Shown piece after piece: positions 24,320-37,110 of a stretch of 64,000 nt of DNA (positions are counted from its first letter, which is position 1; each line of letters begins with the position of its first letter). The DNA comes from Lama guanicoe (taxonomy: Eukaryota). Location of the stretch: the NCBI GenBank assembly GCA_013239625.1, contig MU057051.1, forward strand, positions 5,799,290 to 5,863,289, written 5' to 3'. The notes beneath the pieces are model-generated. The model saw only the letters and a list, made by a program, of their open reading frames with translations, was not told where the DNA came from and made no database searches. A program made the translations under genes and the position numbers.

Positions 24320-24850
24320 CAAATATTCTGTGTGCAGTAAAATACATACTTTTAAGTTGCTGGCAGCATTATACATTGGCAGTGTTTTTAGAAATCAACT
24401 TGGCCTCACAAATATTCACTTATTTGAATCTATTGACCTCATTTCTAAGAAAATAATTCAAAATATAGACAGAAGTATATGTATTAAAAAATGTTCACTG
24501 CAACTTTGTTTATTATGGGGAAAACACTGCAGCAACCTAACTGCCCAACAGAGAAGCGGCTAAATAAATTATGACTCCAACCAATAGAAATTTATGCAGA
24601 CACTAAAATAATGCTTACCAAGAATTTTTAATTTCATGAAGAATTTATCCTATGAAAAATAAATTCAATGATTTTATTATGTTAACTAAATATACCGTAT
24701 ACAAAATACAGAAAGAAAATAAGTAAAAATGATAGTAATGTATATAAGTATTACTCTTACGTTCTTATAAATACTTTTCAGTATTTTCCAAGTTGTCTAC
24801 AGGGGTGTATAGTACCTTTGTCATCAGAAAACACATACAATATATTTTTT
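24320..24850 (+). mobile_element. Ancient L1 (L1ME-like) 3' fragment
   Basis: aaatgttcactgcaactttgtttattatggggaaaacactgcagcaacctaactgcccaacagagaagcggctaaataaattatg. Confidence 0.75.
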
Positions 24851-25139
24851 TTAAATCTTCAGTAAAATACTAAGACTAGTGTTGGAGAGGAGAAAAAAAG
24901 AAATCATTGCTAAGTTCAAGTTAAAATGGGGGGAATGAAGAGAAAGTAGGGGGTTGAAGTACAGATTCCTGGAACTCAGTGAACTGATAACACAGAACAG
25001 ATTTGGAGTCAGCACTGCAAAAGCAAAAATACAGTTTGCAGATCTGGGTCTCAGATACGTTGAACTTTTACAAATTGAGTGATTTAACATAAAAGAGATG
25101 CATTTCTTGTCCTCCTTGGAAAAATAAACAGAGGCTCAA

Positions 25140-25320
25140 TGAACAGTGGGCCTCCATTTTTATACAGTAATAGTTCCCTGGACATGGGCTGTGGTTGCCC
25201 TTAGCTGAGTGCTCTGACTGCAGCTACCCATAATTCTCACCACCATACCCTGTTGCTTCCCTAACAACAAGATCAAATGTCAGTGGCTTTTTGTCATCAC
25301 CCTGGCTTTTCTATATATGT
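25140..25320. mobile_element. Possible hAT-type DNA transposon remnant (MER102-like)
   Basis: gttgcttccctaacaacaagatcaaatgtcagtggctttttgtcatcac resembles recalled hAT-Charlie internal sequence. Confidence 0.35.
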
Positions 25321-25941
25321 TTTTTACAATAAATAGGTTTTTACAATAAGTAAATATTTTTCTGTCATCATGTCTAGTAAAATGGGAATTAGTCGAACAT
25401 TATGCTGGGAGATTGAGGAGGCACTTTAGTGTTAAGATTTAGTCTTTACTTTCGGGGGGGATTACCGACACATAAATAAAGTAGTATAAGGATATATAAC
25501 ACGAATTTGATGACAATGTAAAAAATAAGAGGTACATAGCAGGAAAGGAAGAGCTTTCTATAGGCTAGAGGAGTGTTCTCGGTAGGAGAGAGGAAACTGA
25601 ACTATGCGGAACTGGGTGAGAATTTAAGTTGGGAGCAAAACAGCAAAGATGAGAAACTGGGAAGAGACTTTCTCAGAGACAGGGAAATCAGTCTTTGATC
25701 TCAGGGTACATTTTGGGGAAAAAGTTTAAAAGTTCATGGGTTAAAAAGTTCATGAAGAAGGAGTTAAGAAAATTAGCATCCTGAAATTAAGAAAGAGAAG
25801 TTTGGAATTTGATTCCCTGAGAAAGCTCTTATGTGCTCTCGAACACAAGAAGTTAAGGTTTCAAGAACTTTAATTTTGAAGGAAAGTGATTTGAAGGAAG
25901 AAATTAGACACAAAGATGACAATGAAGTGTTTGTAAGAATC

Positions 25942-27070
25942 CTCATTCATTCAGAGAGTCAATAAGTTCTTACAGAGCCCTTGTCATGATAGGCTCTTTC
26001 TTAGGCAGTGGAGATACACAATAATCAAATTCCTTGACCTCAAAGGTCTATTCCAATGGACATAGATAACAAATACATATGGAAATAAGTATTGCAGTGC
26101 AACAGAATAGAGTGACTTGTATGCACAAGATCTACTGGAATTAATGTCATGAGAAGAGACCTCTCTGTGAAGTGACATTGATCTGAGTCTTCAGTGATGA
26201 AAATGAGACTGCTACATGAAAACAAATCATTAGAGTATTTTAAGCAGAGGAAATACCAAGTACAAAGGCCCCACGAGGAAATGAACACGGTGTATTTAAG
26301 AGACCAAAAAAGAAAGAAGTCAAGTTTGCAGAATTGTAGTGAGCAACAGGAAGAGTGAGAGGAGACAGGGTCCAAGAGAGAAGCAGGAATCAGCTCTTGG
26401 AGGGACTAGCAAGCCACAGTCGGAACCTGGACAGTCTTCTCACTGCTGTGTGAAGCCATTGAGGAGTTTTAGGCAGCAGAGTGATGTAATGGCATTCATG
26501 CTTTGGACAGATTACTTTGGTTATATGGAGAATGGACCATGAGAGAACAAGAAGGGACCCAGGAGACCCGTTAAAAGGCTGCTGTAATCATTTCAAAAGA
26601 GAAGTGGAAGTGTCTTAGATTAGGGTTTATCAGTGCAGATGGCTGTAGGTTGTCTGATTTGAACCTATTTTGGAAGGTATTCTGACAGGACTTATTAGTG
26701 GATTGGATATGGAATAGAAGGAGAAAGAAAAATGAAAATTTTGATTGGTCAGGGTCCTGAGCAACTGGGTTTGGCCATTTCTGAAATGGTGACCACTAGG
26801 GAAAACAGTGGTGAAACAGCCCATAGAAATTAAGCTTTCGGTTTAGAAAATCTTAAGCTTGACATGTCTGTTAGATTCCCAAAGAGAGGTATATGTGTGA
26901 GGAGGCACTTAGGCATGTAAGTCTAGAGCTCAGCAGGTGCTAAGAGATACACATTTAAGAGTTATCCGGTGATATTTAAATTCATGGTTCTAGGAAAGAT
27001 CACCAGAACAAAGAAAAGCCAAAAACGGAGCCTTGAAATAATTTCACATTTTGAATTTGGGAGAGTGGTA
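25942..27070 (-). mobile_element. L2, about 1.1 kb of the 3' region
   Basis: tcattcattca tail, then gaagccattgaggagttttaggcagcagagtgatgtaatggcattcatgcttt and ttaagcttgacatgtctgttagattcccaaa. Confidence 0.9.
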
Positions 27071-28399
27071 GATTAAAACGAAGATGTATCTGATTAAATC
27101 ATGGCCTTTTAACAATATTCTGGAAAATGAATCTCCTGATACTCTTGCCTAACTGCTCATATAAAGGTCAACAATATTTGCCAACAAGTCATTACTGGTT
27201 TAAAACACAAATGCTACCGTGTTCTCTTAAAACACATTGACTACTCACTTCTTAAAACCTGTTAACTTTAAAGTAGCCCAGTCAACAGTGTGCTCCTTCA
27301 GTAAGCGGATGCCTTTTGATTCATTTCTCCTGTCCTAGGGAATCAGAACAGGACGTGGTGACCTCCCTCTTTAGGCTGCCACAAAGTAAGCCAGTTTAGA
27401 AAAATTTTAATTTTTTGAAGAACACATGTGGCTATTAGGAAAAAAAAGTGTGTGTGTGTGTATTTATGTCTGTGGACAAGAATCATTTAAAATAATTTTA
27501 TTAGGACCATGTTTAAAAGATAAATATGACTGGCTTAAAAGTACTAGTGTAGTTCTAACTTTGATACTAGGAGAAGGAAGAGAAAAAGTAGAAGGAGGAG
27601 GAAAAGGAGGGGGTGCGGAGAAAGTGGTGGAGGTGGTGGCGGCTGTCGTTTTTGTGTGAAAGGAAACTGGGCTGAATTTTTAGGACTATAAGAGCCAGCA
27701 GGAGAAAGTGATCTAGAAATTCTTATATTGAACCGACCAACATGACTCTCACAGCTGGAAGTTACCCCCAAAAGAGAACACTGGTGTAGAACGGGGTTTT
27801 TATCATCAGACACCAATGCTCATCAGGGCTTCATCATGAGAAACTGAAGAACATAAAATGCCCAACTAGAACAACAGTGCTCAGGACCCACAGATTTATA
27901 AAGTACAACATTAATTCCTTGGGATTTTGTAGTGGTTAGCTAGGGAATGAAGATAGGCAGGCTATTCAGAGAGATAATAAATTTGGAAAGTGTTAAGGAA
28001 AAGTTAAACTGATTTTTTGTTATAGTACATAAAAGAATCTTTAATATGCTAGTATGTTTGTGATTTTTCAAGAAAAGGGTCCATGTATGGAGCCCTTTAA
28101 AGGAGAGCTATCAATTAACAGCAATTCAGGGAATGCGGCAAAAATAGTATTAAATGAAGGGACAAGTCTGAAGAGATGATGCTGTAAGAGTTTGATGACA
28201 CTGTGAGTAGATTCAATTGGATTGTCATGTGGTGCTATTTAAATGTGTGCATAGAATTATCATTGCTACCCAAGGACTTAAAAGAGCTCTCAAAGCATCA
28301 AGTACTGTAATGAATTACTGAACTAGTTATCAGATGACTGAATTTTAATTCCTATTTTATATTTTCTTAATCTAGTCACTGGACCCCTGTGAGAGCTCA

Positions 28400-28535
28400 C
28401 TGACTCATTCATTTATTCGATGAAGACTGAGTATCTCTCCTGCGCAAGATGTGGTTCTAGGTGCTGGGGATACACAATTGACAAGAAAGACTTAGTCCTA
28501 ACCTCAGGGAACTTACATCTAGTGTGGAAGACAGT
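28400..28535 (-). mobile_element. L2 3' end
   Basis: ctcattcatttattcgatgaagactgagtatctctcctgcgcaagatgtggttctaggtgctggggatacac. Confidence 0.75.
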
Positions 28536-28537
28536 AA

Positions 28538-28596
28538 ATACATACACACACACACACACACACACACATGCATGCATGCATGCATACATACATACA
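28538..28596. repeat. Compound microsatellite (CA)n(CATG)n(CATA)n
   Basis: Seen directly; strictly alternating purine-pyrimidine for 59 bp. Confidence 0.95.
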
Positions 28597-28759
28597 GATT
28601 TGGGGTACCATGAAGAAAAATAGCTAGATAAATTTTCATATAGTGAAAGAGGAAAAGTAAGGCTCAGTTACTTGTACAAAATGAGGAGGCTGGACTCCAT
28701 CAGCAATTTCGACAGTTTTTAAGTAATAACATGTACAAAATCCCAAACAAATTAACTAT

Positions 28760-29182
28760 TCAGCTTTCCTGAATAAAATTTATTTTTCATTTTACAAGAA
28801 GGTAGGAGGTAGGCAGACTAGGACTAGTAGAGTAGTTTCATGATGTCACTGGTGTCCTGGGTGCCTTCAATGTTTCTACTCACTGTTCCTAGGGTATGGT
28901 TTTTATACTTATGGCTGTCATGCAAGATAGCTGTCTCACATTCACATTCCAGGCATGCAAAAGAAAGTGCCAGTGAATACAGAATAGCACCTGCACTCAG
29001 AAAGCCAGACTTCCCTAGAGGTCCCCAGCAGACACCCCTGTAACTTTCAGGAGGCTGGGAAACATGCATATTTTTCAGATGATTGAGTGTCTCTGCTGAA
29101 AAATGTTCAGTTCACTTAAAACCTGGTTCACTTAAGAAAGAAGGACAAGAGCAGAAATTGAGTAAGCAATTAGTCTGCCATA
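28760..29182 (-). mobile_element. MaLR LTR (old MLT1-type)
   Basis: gcaagatagctgtctcacattcacattccaggca...gacttccctagaggtccccagcagac...ggaggctgggaaa...tagtctgccata. Confidence 0.7.
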
Positions 29183-30621
29183 ATGCTTAGGGGTACACAT
29201 GTATGTCTACTTCAGCATCCAAAGTATTACTGTAATAATAAGATTCATACTGGTATCCAGCATTAGGAAGAAAATAAAGATTCATACACAAGTATTTATA
29301 AGTGATATTTCTTAAAAACAAACAATCCGTGAAAGCTCAGAGAAATCAACTAAACTGAGCCAGAAGCACAAAGTAGCACTCAACATAAGAGTAAGTGCTG
29401 AAACTACAATGAAAGGTTGACACAATTCACTATTAGGTCTGGACTCACTGTCGCTTGACTGGGTTTGTATATATGGGCTCTAGGAGTACACTGCTCACAC
29501 TCACCACAAGTAAATAAAAATCAAACACCACGTGAAACAATGATAGTTATGTGCTCATCAATCAACATGTTTAAAAAATATTCAAATATATTCCCATAGA
29601 TGACTAGAAAAGTATTGTTCTTGACTCCACAAGAGTATATTACGTTGGCAATTCAAATTAACTTGCTGATCACTAATGTATCATATTTGGCATTAGCATA
29701 TTTAGGTTCATATGTTGCTTTTATTTCCTTATTCTATTTTTAATTTGTTTCAGATGTATTTTTAAGAAAAAAATCAAATAAAATAGTTGCAGAGCTCCAA
29801 AGAATCTCAAAGAAATGCTAAAACTTGAAAAATATTGGACTAAATAGCCTCAATCTCACCTTCACATTCATTCTTAATTTTTTTGCATTGCGCTAGAACC
29901 CTATCTTTGTTAAAGACTTAAGATTAAACAATAGATTGACAGTCTTAGTTGATGCTTTCAATGTTCAACAAAGAACAGTGATTTCTCAAACATTTGAAGA
30001 CTTTGTAGTAGACATAAAACTGGTGGAAATATTAATGATATAATTAATTCAGAGATGAGTTAATCCTTCTCATCTATAACTCCTAAGAAACACAAAAAGC
30101 AGTGTTCATTCTTTAGCTATCTGCACACATTCAAATCTCACAGGCAGCTGGAGAGCACAAATCTCATCTACAAGGGATTATGTGTATTATTAGTTAGATA
30201 TGCAGCTTACTTAGACTGGGATATATTTTAATTATGTTTAGGGATGCATTCTGAAATACATTTTACAAAAAATGTTTTTATTTTGTCAATTAATGAACAT
30301 TCAATTATAGCATCTAAGATTTAAACAATATCAGACCATGTCTAAATCTTCTACATTCATCCTTCATAAGACAAAGATCATTGCCTACTGACATGATAAT
30401 CTCATTTCTAGGGAACCACCTTTAAGAAATAATCCTTGACAAGAGAAAAAGCTTTATCCATGAAAATGTTCACTGGATAATTACACATAATATTTGAATT
30501 TGGAAGCATTATAATTATCAATATAATACTATGCAAGAGCAGAATAATAAACAGAATAAACATTAAATAAGAAAGGATTATCAGGATGTGGATGATAATG
30601 GATATTTTTAAGGTAGTCAGG

Positions 30622-31215
30622 TTTTTAAATAAACTTTTTTAAAAACAGGTTTATATTTACAAAATTGAGAAGACAGTACAGAGAGTTCCCATATTGCATT
30701 GTGTCTGATGCTTTTCTCATGATAAGACAGAACTACAGGTTTGTGGGAGGAAAATCAGATGTAAAGTGTCAACTTCATTACATCATACCAAGATCCCATA
30801 CTATCAAAGTGATTTATATCTGGTGATATTGATCTTGATCATCTGGCTCAAATAGTGTTTATTTAAATTTTCTCCACTGTAAAGTTAACCACCCCTTTCT
30901 TAAAGTACTGTATTCTTTGGAAGGAAGTCACTAAGTGTAACCACACTTAAGGAATAAAGAATTATACTCCCCCTCCTTTAAGGTGGAGTTACTTCAACAA
31001 TTATTTACAGACCTTCTACATGAGACATTGTGTTTTTTCTCCCAATTACTAATTTAGTCAATTATTTCCTTGTATCAGTATTATCTCATAGACATTTACT
31101 TTATACTCTGGATAATAATCAAATGTTACTTTATTCTGTTGCTCAAATTTTCATAGATTTAGCCATTTGGCTCTTTAGGTTGACTCCAGTGTCTCTTTGA
31201 AATAACCATATCTTA
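30622..31215 (-). mobile_element. L1MC/L1MD-type 3' UTR
   Basis: gaagacagtacagagagttcccata...gatcttgatcatctggctcaaatagtgttt...ctttggaaggaagtcacta. Confidence 0.85.
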
Positions 31216-31326
31216 TCTCCCTAACTTATCTCTCTAATCTATCATATCATATCTAGCCTCTCAGAGAATTGTTTTCATTAAATTGTGCCTTTGCCTTTTG
31301 CTTAAATAAAGGCACTCTATAGGTCG

Positions 31327-31680
31327 GAATGTGGAGAGAACGGAACACTTGGGCACTGATGGTAGGACTGTAATCGGTGCAGCCACTATGTAAAACAGTA
31401 CGAAGGTTCCTCAGTAAATTAAAAATAGAACTACCATATGATCCAGTTTCTACTTCTAGGTCTCTATCTAAAAAAAACAAAAACACTAATTTAAAAAGTT
31501 AAATGCTCCCCAATATACATTGCAGCATTATTTACAATACCAAAATATGGAAGCAACTTAAGTGTCCATCATTGTGGGATAGATGGATAAAGAAGATGTG
31601 AGATACAAGTGTCAAATCACTATGTTGTAAACATGAAACTAATAGAATATTGTGTGTCAGATATATGTCATTAAAAAAAA
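31327..31680 (+). mobile_element. LINE-1 ORF2 C-terminus joined directly to the 3' terminus
   Basis: Translates VQPLCKTVRRFLSKLKIELPYDP. At about 31607 the sequence jumps to tcaaatcactatgttgtaaacatgaaactaat and an A tail. Confidence 0.9.
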
Positions 31681-32527
31681 GAAATATGCCCAAGCCTTAC
31701 AGAGACCCTATTGAAAAACAAAAACAAAAACAAAAAACAACCTTTTAGGCTATAAATGAAAATTCTTAACCAAAAATTGAATGCTCACCATAACTGGAAG
31801 ATACTCTAATGATTAAAACTTAGTTGTTATGAACAAATCATTTGTCATCAACATTAAACCTCTAAACGCAATGTTTGTATTTATAACTCACAGTGCCCAG
31901 GAAACAATAAATTCATAAATTAAGAAAGTCATCACCCCAATATGAAGTACTTCAAGCATCGGCAAATATAAACGTAGATTCTTACACTGGTCATCAAAGA
32001 AGCCAAGATAATGCTGTGCTCTATAATTCTTGAGAAAATAAAATTACTTGCTACCTTATGAAATGGCATTCAAAAAAACATAGTAAATCTTTCACAGATT
32101 CTTGTAGACGGTGTTATAATTTATTTATCAGTGGTCAAAAATAAAGGTTTTAACATTCAGGCTACTTGCCAATATTACCATGTTTATGAATGAATTACAA
32201 AAATCAAAACTTGTAGCTATGCATTTATCAAACAATCTATCTTTTAAACTCTCCACTAAATTAAAATAGGCAGATGGCATCCTGGAGATAACTGTAAATA
32301 AATCCATCCTTGTAACTCTCTAATTTGATCATGGACAACTATATCAAATCATTTTATAGAATTAAGAAAGTCTTCCTACATTGGTCAATTCTCCAAATAA
32401 CACGCTTGTCTGTAATTCTAATAATTAAGATACGTATGCTGTTCCAAATCTTATTTATCTTTCAAAATATACCATGGAAGTCCTCCTGAGCCTACATCAT
32501 CAGCTGGGGAATAAAAAAGGTATTTGA

Positions 32528-32672
32528 GGGGGAGGGTATAGCTCAAGTAGTAAAGTGCATGCTTAGCATGCATGAGGTCCTGGGTTCAATCCTTGGTATT
32601 GCCATTAAAGAAAAGAATAAACCTAATTCTCTCCCTCCCCTCCCCAAATAATAATAAAATAAATAATTTTTT
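32528..32672 (+). mobile_element. tRNA-derived SINE, camelid vic-1 type, with perfect 16-bp TSD
   Basis: A box tagctcaagtagt, B box ggttcaatcc, body gagggtatagctcaagtagtaaagtgcatgcttagcatgcatgaggtcctgggttcaatcc. taaaaaaggtatttga at both 32512-32527 and 32673-32688. Confidence 0.93.
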
Positions 32673-32779
32673 TAAAAAAGGTATTTGAAAGAGGAAGGAG
32701 CTTGTGTATTGTTAGATGCTACGAGATAATTCCCAAGTCCTAAATCTTATCATAATAGCTACCAACTGAAAGTAACTTC

Positions 32780-33400
32780 AATTCAATTTAATTCAACAAA
32801 TATTAATTGAGCACTTACTTCTGTGTGAGGACCCTGTTTGGATTTTTGCCCTCAATGGGAGAGCGCTGGGCATGTTCAAGTGATGGCAGGAAGGCTGAGA
32901 GGTGAAACAGAATGAAACAAGTGAATAAGTAAGAGAGGGCTGCAGGAGGAGGAGGTAGATCATTCAGAATCTTGTAGATTATGGTAAGGACTCTGGCTTC
33001 CACTCTGACTGAAATGAAGAGCCATGGTAAGGTTTTGAGTAAAAGAGTAACATAATCGGACTCATGTCTTAAAAGCTTTACTCTGATTATATTTTAAGAA
33101 TAGGAAATAAATGAACAAAAAGAGAAGCAAGGAGATTTTACTGGCAGCCACTGTAGTAATGCAGATAGGAAATAATGGTGGACGGAGCGAGGGTGGGAGA
33201 AGGGGAAGTGAAGGTAGAGTCAAAGGAGAATTTTTGATTGAGCAGATGTGGAATGTGAATGAAAGGGGATCCAGTAATGATCCCATGTTTTTCAGCCTGG
33301 TCAGTTGGAAAAATGAAGTTGTCATCAGTTGAGATAAGGAAGGTTTTGGGGAGGGGCAGATCAGTGGTTCGGTTTGTAATATATGAAGCTTAAGATTGAC
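32780..33400 (-). mobile_element. L2 3' region
   Basis: attcaacaaatattaattgagcacttac...ggtaaggactctggcttccactctgactgaaatgaagagccatggtaaggttttgagt. Confidence 0.85.
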
Positions 33401-33565
33401 GAAAGAGATTCCATGTCAAACTGGAAAGGCACAAAACTCCAATATCCATACATTCTTTTCCCAAATAAATTTCTAATGTACACAAAAGGGGAAAACATAA
33501 CTGAATGGGAAAAAGTCCATTCTCTCCATATACCCTAAACAATTTTTTTAAATGAATGAAAACAA

Positions 33566-33764
33566 CAAACCACTATATACAGAGTAGAAAAATAACAAGG
33601 CCTTACTGTGTAGCACAGAGAACTATATTCATAGCTTGTAATAATCTATAACGAAAAAGAATTCAGTACATGAAAAAGAATATAAATGTATGTATAACTG
33701 AATTACTATGCTGTATACCAGAAACAAACACAACAGTGTAAATCAACCATACTTCAATAAAAAA
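33566..33764 (+). mobile_element. 5'-truncated LINE-1 3' end with TSD
   Basis: tactgtgtagcacagagaactatattca...gtaaatcaaccatacttcaataaaaaa. Flanks aaatgaatgaaaacaa (33550-33565) and aaatgaataaaaacaa (33765-33780). Confidence 0.92.
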
Positions 33765-35976
33765 AAATGAATAAAAACAAAAACAAAGATTACTGACTTT
33801 GAAACTCTTCAGAAAAAAATGCTTCCATTCACGTAAAATCTCGTATGCTTTTGAAATTTTGAGGACAAATTAACTTTATCACTATAAAGAGATACAGCTT
33901 ATTTAGAAAAAAGTAAAAGGAAAAAAAGTGTTCAGATACACTGGTTTGAATGCTCACAAATTAGATTCTGTACTATAAAAATTTTCTTGGAATCCAAAAA
34001 ATTAACAGTTGCTATATCTGAGTGTCCAAAAGATACATAAATGCCTATAAAACATCGAAAAAGGGAAATTTTAATAATAGCATAAGTTGAAGCAAATGAA
34101 ATTGTCAATGAAATTTTCAACTTTTGTCAATTTTTGAAATACAAAAATAGCAAGTGAATATGGATCAATCAATATACCATGAAATCGAAAAGAAGCAATC
34201 ACATATTAGAGAAAGGGCATACTTTGCTCATTATTTTCTGAACAATAAATATTGACTTTCCATTGCTAATACAATGGTACTAAACAGTAACTCTATAATT
34301 CTTTCGGCCAGTGTTTCTTAAATAGCCACTGCCTGCAACATCCTAGACAGATGCTGCTGGATAAACAAGATGAAGAAGCACAGTGCTTGAAAAGCTTATA
34401 ACATAAAGAAGATGAACAGGATAACTACCAAGGTAACTGCACCAGAAGTAAGAATAAGATAAGTGGGATTCCATAAAGGGAATTTCCAAATTTGAATGGG
34501 TAGTTCACAATGTTTTCATATAAGAAGTGACATTGAACTGGATGGGGGGGGAGGGGATGTACTACTGCCAATGAGACATTAAGAAATCCGAGGGACAGTA
34601 ACCCTGAGCTTTAAAATTCTGTTTAAGGATCTTTTAGGAGAGAAGAAAGAGACACGAAAGAAGAGCTTCCACCATGTGCTTTGGCCTAAAGTGGTCAGTA
34701 AAAGACCTAGGAGTGAATAATGTATCAGGGTTGAGAGATGCTTACTTAGCTGTGCTAAAGAATTCCAAATGTTTTATTTATTTGTTTCATCTTAGTCATT
34801 TATTACTCTGTGTTTCTGGAATCACTGTGGGACCCAGAAGGCAGAAGTCAACAATTCCACTCCACAGCTTTTAGAAAAATACCAGAATAGGAGAATAATC
34901 GCATATTATAAACAACAAAGCTAAACAAGTTAGTAAGTATCTCATTTAAAACTTGGAGGAACAAAATCCTAAAGCAGGCTTCTTTGAGCAAGGAATGGTT
35001 TATTACCCATTACTACTAATTTAAGATATGTAAACTATTGACTTCCTCTTTATTTAATATGCTGTCTTTACTGCATTACTTTAAAGACCATAAATTATAT
35101 TAATAAATACGTTCATAATTCATATGTAACCTCAATTATCCAACTGTTTTTTTAATGTCTTATCAAATTCTCTAAACACAAAATGGAAGTTTTTTAGAAT
35201 TCTAATCCTCATGACTAAGACATGGATATTCTTGAAAACAATGTACAAAATGTAGAACCCAGCAGATAACTGTATTTCTTCTTTTTGTAAGCCTTAAACT
35301 ATATAAGTCACATGTCATATATATACATACTTTCTTATCAAGATTCTTAATAATATAGAAGAAAGCTTATCTTTTAGGTTATTTTTATTTGGTTATTGAG
35401 AAAAATATAAAAGACCTTCAAAAGGGGAGAAGGATTAATAAAATTACTTAGGTTTTCTTTCTAAAAAACTTTCTCCTGAGTGAAGTTGTATTCCTAGAAT
35501 GGAAACACAGCAACCAACGCAGGCTTGCATACTGCCAGCACTAAACAAACATTGGTTAAACTGAGTAAGGTTGGTGAAATCTGCAACAAGTTTGGTCAGG
35601 ACCAGCTTTAGGCAGGGAGTCAGTCAGGGGAAAGTCTGGAGCAGAAGCTCCTGGCCAGCCCCTGAGGGTATAAGCAAAGAGAACAAATAGGTGACTGAGA
35701 AACAAATAAAGGAATTGTCAAGAGAATGGGATGTCCATGAACAGGAAGTGGACAGAAGGATGCTCTGCACTGATAGAAACTGAAGAATGGCAATAAATTC
35801 CTGCCTCACACTGGTGGACAGAGGTGGTACCTTGTGGCTGGTGAGGCCACTGCTGAAATTTTACACAGAGTTAATAAACTGTTCATTAAGATTCAATTAT
35901 TTTAACCAGCTTGAGAAACATATTGAATCCTGTAATATTTTCAGTCTAACCTTGCTTTTCAGAAAAAGAAATCCAA

Positions 35977-36201
35977 ATCTAAAAAACAAAAACAAACAAA
36001 CAAACAAAAACAAAGCATAAATACAGGACAGAAATAGACTCATGGACAGAGAATACAGACTTGTGGTTACCGGTGGGGGGTAGAGGGTGGGAAGGGATAG
36101 ACTGGGATTTCAAAATTGTAGAATAGATAAACAAGATTACACTGTATAGCACAGGGAAATATACACAAAATGTTATGATAAATCACAGAGAAAAAAAAAA
36201 A
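35977..36201 (+). mobile_element. Young LINE-1 3' UTR fragment with perfect 16-bp TSD
   Basis: agaaaaagaaatccaa at 35961-35976 and 36202-36217. Body matches the reverse complement of bases 1-160. Confidence 0.95.
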
Positions 36202-36879
36202 AGAAAAAGAAATCCAAGTTTACAAAGGTGACCTGGATTATTTATATATATATAAATATAAATATATATATAGTTTATCTTCAGCTTCCTGGAAAGAAAT
36301 GTCTTTTAAAAAGAAGACTGGGAGCACACTGGCCGTGTGGGCCTGAGGTCTGGGTAGAACTAGCCATAGGGGAGGAAAGCAGGAGGGAGTGGGGAGGGGA
36401 GGAGGAGAGAGGCTGAGAGAGCCCAATAGTTTGAATTAGAATTCTCTTCCTTTTCAAGTCAGGTTTGGAGCTACCAATTCAAAGAAAGAAGAATTAGTCA
36501 GCTGGATTTTTTTCCCCTTGGGACTCAGCACATAGATAAAACAGGTACTACCTTGGTTTTTCATCAAACCAGGAAGAAGCTACTGGCTCTGTGCCAATGG
36601 AGAAGTGTCAGCTCCCACATGCACCAGGGGCTCGCCACAGCAGGGAGCATCGTTCTTCACCAAAAACCTGTCCAGCCACTGAGTACAGTGAAAAAAATGG
36701 AAACTATAGGAAGCCACAGATTTTTAATTCAGAGTAATGTAAATCACCACTCTTTGGTAAACAGGGATAAAAGAATTCAAAGGTAAGTGAAGATTCTGAT
36801 TAGAATTTCTGAAGCCAGAGTCCCTGTCTAACTCTCATAGGATGAGATAATGACAGACAGAATGACAGAGGCTGGGGCC

Positions 36880-37110
36880 CCAGGACTCTGGAGTCTTCAG
36901 AGGTAGCCTAATAATATACAGAGTCCGTCTCACCTAGATTCAAATGCCAACAGCCCCCATTTCTAATTGTGTGATCTTGAATAAGTGATTTAACGTCTCT
37001 CTAAAATAAAATTCCATACTTCACACAATTACTGTGGGGAGAAACTGAAGTGATACATTGGAACATTTTTAGCTTATTTATATGCATCTAGTAAGACTCA
37101 ATTAATGACT
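36880..37110 (+). mobile_element. MIR
   Basis: cctagattcaaatgcc...ttctaattgtgtgatcttgaataagtgatttaacgtctct. Confidence 0.75.

Noticed and set aside
32528-32605. tRNA-like sequence with A and B boxes
   Set aside because: It continues into a SINE tail and is flanked by a 16-bp TSD, so it is a SINE rather than a tRNA gene.
36732-36787. Plus-strand mini-exon ending AAG|GTAAGT
   Set aside because: Opposite to the inferred host strand, weak acceptor, unrecognised peptide; similar donors occur throughout the window by chance.
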